DNA of 64,000 bases, taken from NCBI GenBank assembly GCA_036172245.1, contig JAYWIR010000003.1, positions 1,426,001 through 1,490,000 of the forward strand. Direction: 5' to 3'. The position numbers and the translations under genes were made by a program. The stretch's first letter is position 1. Every line of letters begins with the position of its first letter. Source of the DNA: Raillietiella orientalis (taxonomy: Eukaryota). This document shows positions 61,617 to 64,000 of this stretch, in pieces. The notes below the pieces were generated by a model. That model made no database searches. It saw nothing but the letters and a program-made list of their open reading frames with translations, and was not told the origin of the DNA.

Positions 61617-64000
61617 TCAGAAGTGGTCGATAAGGACGGAGACGCTGTTGGAGCCGATGACGGTCGCTCCTCCCCCTCCTCCTTCCGAGGACTTGGCCAG
61701 GGTCACGTTGCGCCACTGCATCGGCTTCCCCGTGGGCGCATCGCTCGACTTGAGGGCGAAGGTCCAGCCGTCGGGATTGATGCTGGCGCAGTGCGGCAGT
61801 CGCAGCTCCACGGGAATCTGGAAACGCAGGCCGTGGGGCCCGCACATCACCAAGGGGCTGAGAAGCGTTTCACCTACGGAGACCCACGCGCACGCACGCA
61901 CGGAGAGGGTGGGAAAAAGAAAAAAAAGAAAAAGAAAAAAAAAGAAAAAAAAAAAGGGGCACGCGTGGAGACGTGGGCAGGGAAGCAGCGGGCCTTCACC
62001 TCGGTCAGCGTCGAGAGGCGGCAGCACGTTGACGTCCTGGTCACACACTTTGAAGAAGACTTCCTGGGAGCAGCCCGGCTTCAGGGCTCCTGGGGGAATG
62101 ACGATGGCCACCCCCGTCTCCGGGGACTCCAGGATGCCTCCCGTGTGATCGAACACACCTCGGGCGGCTGCAATGATGCGGTGGTTCTCGTACTGGTTGG
62201 GGTTGTCGCCGCCGGAGCGGTCCGGGCTGCCGGAGGGAAGGGCGCCGCCCCGTGAGAAGCGCGGTAGGTGAGGGCTCTCACCTGTCGGGTTTCCTGTACA
62301 GCTCGAAGGCGCTGCCCCGGTGCGGGATCGACAGGGGCCACGGGGCCACGTTCAGATAGTGCTGTGGGGCATCCCGCCTGCGGGGGCAGTCCTCGTGGTT
62401 GCGGTCCAGGCTGCTTCCATGCCCCGAGTCGAATCCATTCGCGTCCTCATCCACCGACGCTCCGGGGGTGGGGATGCACGTCCACGCGGCGGCGGCGGCA
62501 GCCGGGAAGTTCGCCGCCCTGCCGCCATACCCCCTGGGCTTGGGAGGGGGGAGCGGCTTGCCGCCGCCCGGTCGTCCGTCCGCATCCCTGCCGGATGCAG
62601 CGCGTGACGCGGGCCGGCAGGCAGGACCGCCCGGTACGCACCGTTCGCCCGGGCCCGGCGGGGATGTGAAGCGGGTAAACCTGTAGGGGTCGTGTGGGCT
62701 CGCCGAGGTGACCTCGTCGCCGCTGCCGTCCCGCGAGGGCTGGGGGAGCGGCGGGGGCGCCTCCGCCGCCTTCCCATGCGCAAGGATGCCCTCTCCGAAG
62801 AGGCGTTCCGTCGCGGAGCGGCTCCTGCCGGGCTTCATGCTGCGGTCGACTTTGGGGGGCAGCGAGGGAGCCGCGCAGCCGGCGGGCTGGAGGGCACGCA
62901 CGGCGGCGGCGGCGTGCTGCGCGGGCAGCTCCTGAGGACATGGAGTCGCCGTCGTCGGATGAGGGAAGAAGGCGGGGCACTCGCTCCCCTGCTGGACGCG
63001 CTCCTTCGGGTACGAACGCTGCTGCCACCTTCCGGCGAGCGCAGGATTCAGAGTCGCGCCGCCGCCGCGGGGAGGCGAAGTCCTCGCGGATCTCGCCTGA
63101 CTAGAGATGGCGGCTTCGCGGTAAGGCGGAGGGCCACTGTTCAGAGGGGGAGGCCGCGCCGCCTCGTCGTCGCAGGACAGGTTCGGGTCGGACGAGGACC
63201 GGAGGAAGCGGTGGTGCTCCCCCGACGGGGACTGGTGGGGCGGCAGGCCATCCGCGGCCACCTCCTGGTCAGACTCCGGAGAAGATGCGTACGACTGGCG
63301 CATCGCCATCGGGAAAAAGAAGTCGTCGGAGGCGGGCTTATCGTGCTGGAGGGGGGGCCGCACGGAAGGAGGCGTTGCCAGGGGCGACCCCGCCCGGCTT
63401 CCCCTACTTACCTGGTTCTCCGACATCCATATGGGCTGCGATCGCTGGCGGTCGATGGCTTCGACCACCTTCGGATACCACGACTCGCCCGGGACCAGAG
63501 GCACGGTAGAGGTGAACAGGTACACCCAGTGATGCTCCAGGCGCACGATCTCCTCGTAGAGGCGCCTGCTGCTGCAGTGCATCGACCTGGAAGCCCAGAT
63601 CCGTGCGGTCGCTGGGAGGGCCCTCCTCACTTTGGCAGCCCTGCTCGCAGCAGCTTGATGTCCTGGCGGGAGTCGGAGCGCAGGAAGACCGTGATGGGGT
63701 ACAGGTGGATGCTGTTAAGCCGGTTCACGCAGTTGGGCGTGACGTCCAGCAGCGCGTGCTTGCCGCGCGCCATGATCTCCCGGATGGCGCTTATGCTGAC
63801 GATCTTCTGCTTGTTCTCCTCCTCGTTGTCCATCTCTGCTCGAACCGAGAGGGCGCGCAAAGGGGAGGGACGGGTAGTTACACGCGGGCGTTGGGAGGTT
63901 TCCTTACGAGGGGAGGCGAACTCGTCGGGGTGGTCACGCAGCAGCCTCTCACGAGTGATGTCAGCCACCGGGCCGAAGAGCACCACCGGCCTCACGAAAT
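61617..64000 (-). CDS. TJP1: Tight-junction protein ZO-1-like MAGUK, 3' part (GUK domain, Pro-rich linker, ZU5), multi-exon; 5' end outside the window
   Basis: RPVVLFGPVADITRERL, GKHALLDVTPN, FDHTGGILESPETGVAIVIPPGA, GETLLSPLVMCGPHGLRF..VELRLPH, and the C-terminal VSVLIDHF*. Confidence 0.95.

Noticed and set aside
62278..63630. 450-aa ORF as a standalone gene
   Set aside because: It is part of ZO-1 read through in-frame GC-rich introns.

Overview
Eukaryotic (invertebrate animal) genomic DNA with very short introns (~45 nt) and sharp AT/GC compartments. A nematode-like genome is plausible from the TTTTCAG acceptor and operon-like spacing, but the taxon cannot be established from sequence alone. 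Intact-looking genes: NHEJ1/XLF and SPOUT1 (tandem, minus strand), tRNA-Leu(UAA), DONSON (+) and CLYBL (-) whose stop codons touch tail-to-tail, and the 3' part of a ZO-1/TJP gene. Most of the rest is decayed mobile DNA: about eight remnants of restriction-like-endonuclease (RLE) non-LTR retrotransposons, one still joined to its U2 snRNA target (Utopia type), plus gypsy, mariner and Tx1-like pieces. There are also pseudogenes (histone H2B, BTB-Kelch, a 28S rRNA fragment) and a serine-protease homologue. The most unusual structure is a repeat/U2/repeat/U6/repeat micro-array at 44468-44564. All homology calls are by-eye motif recognition; no database search was run, and remnant boundaries are approximate.
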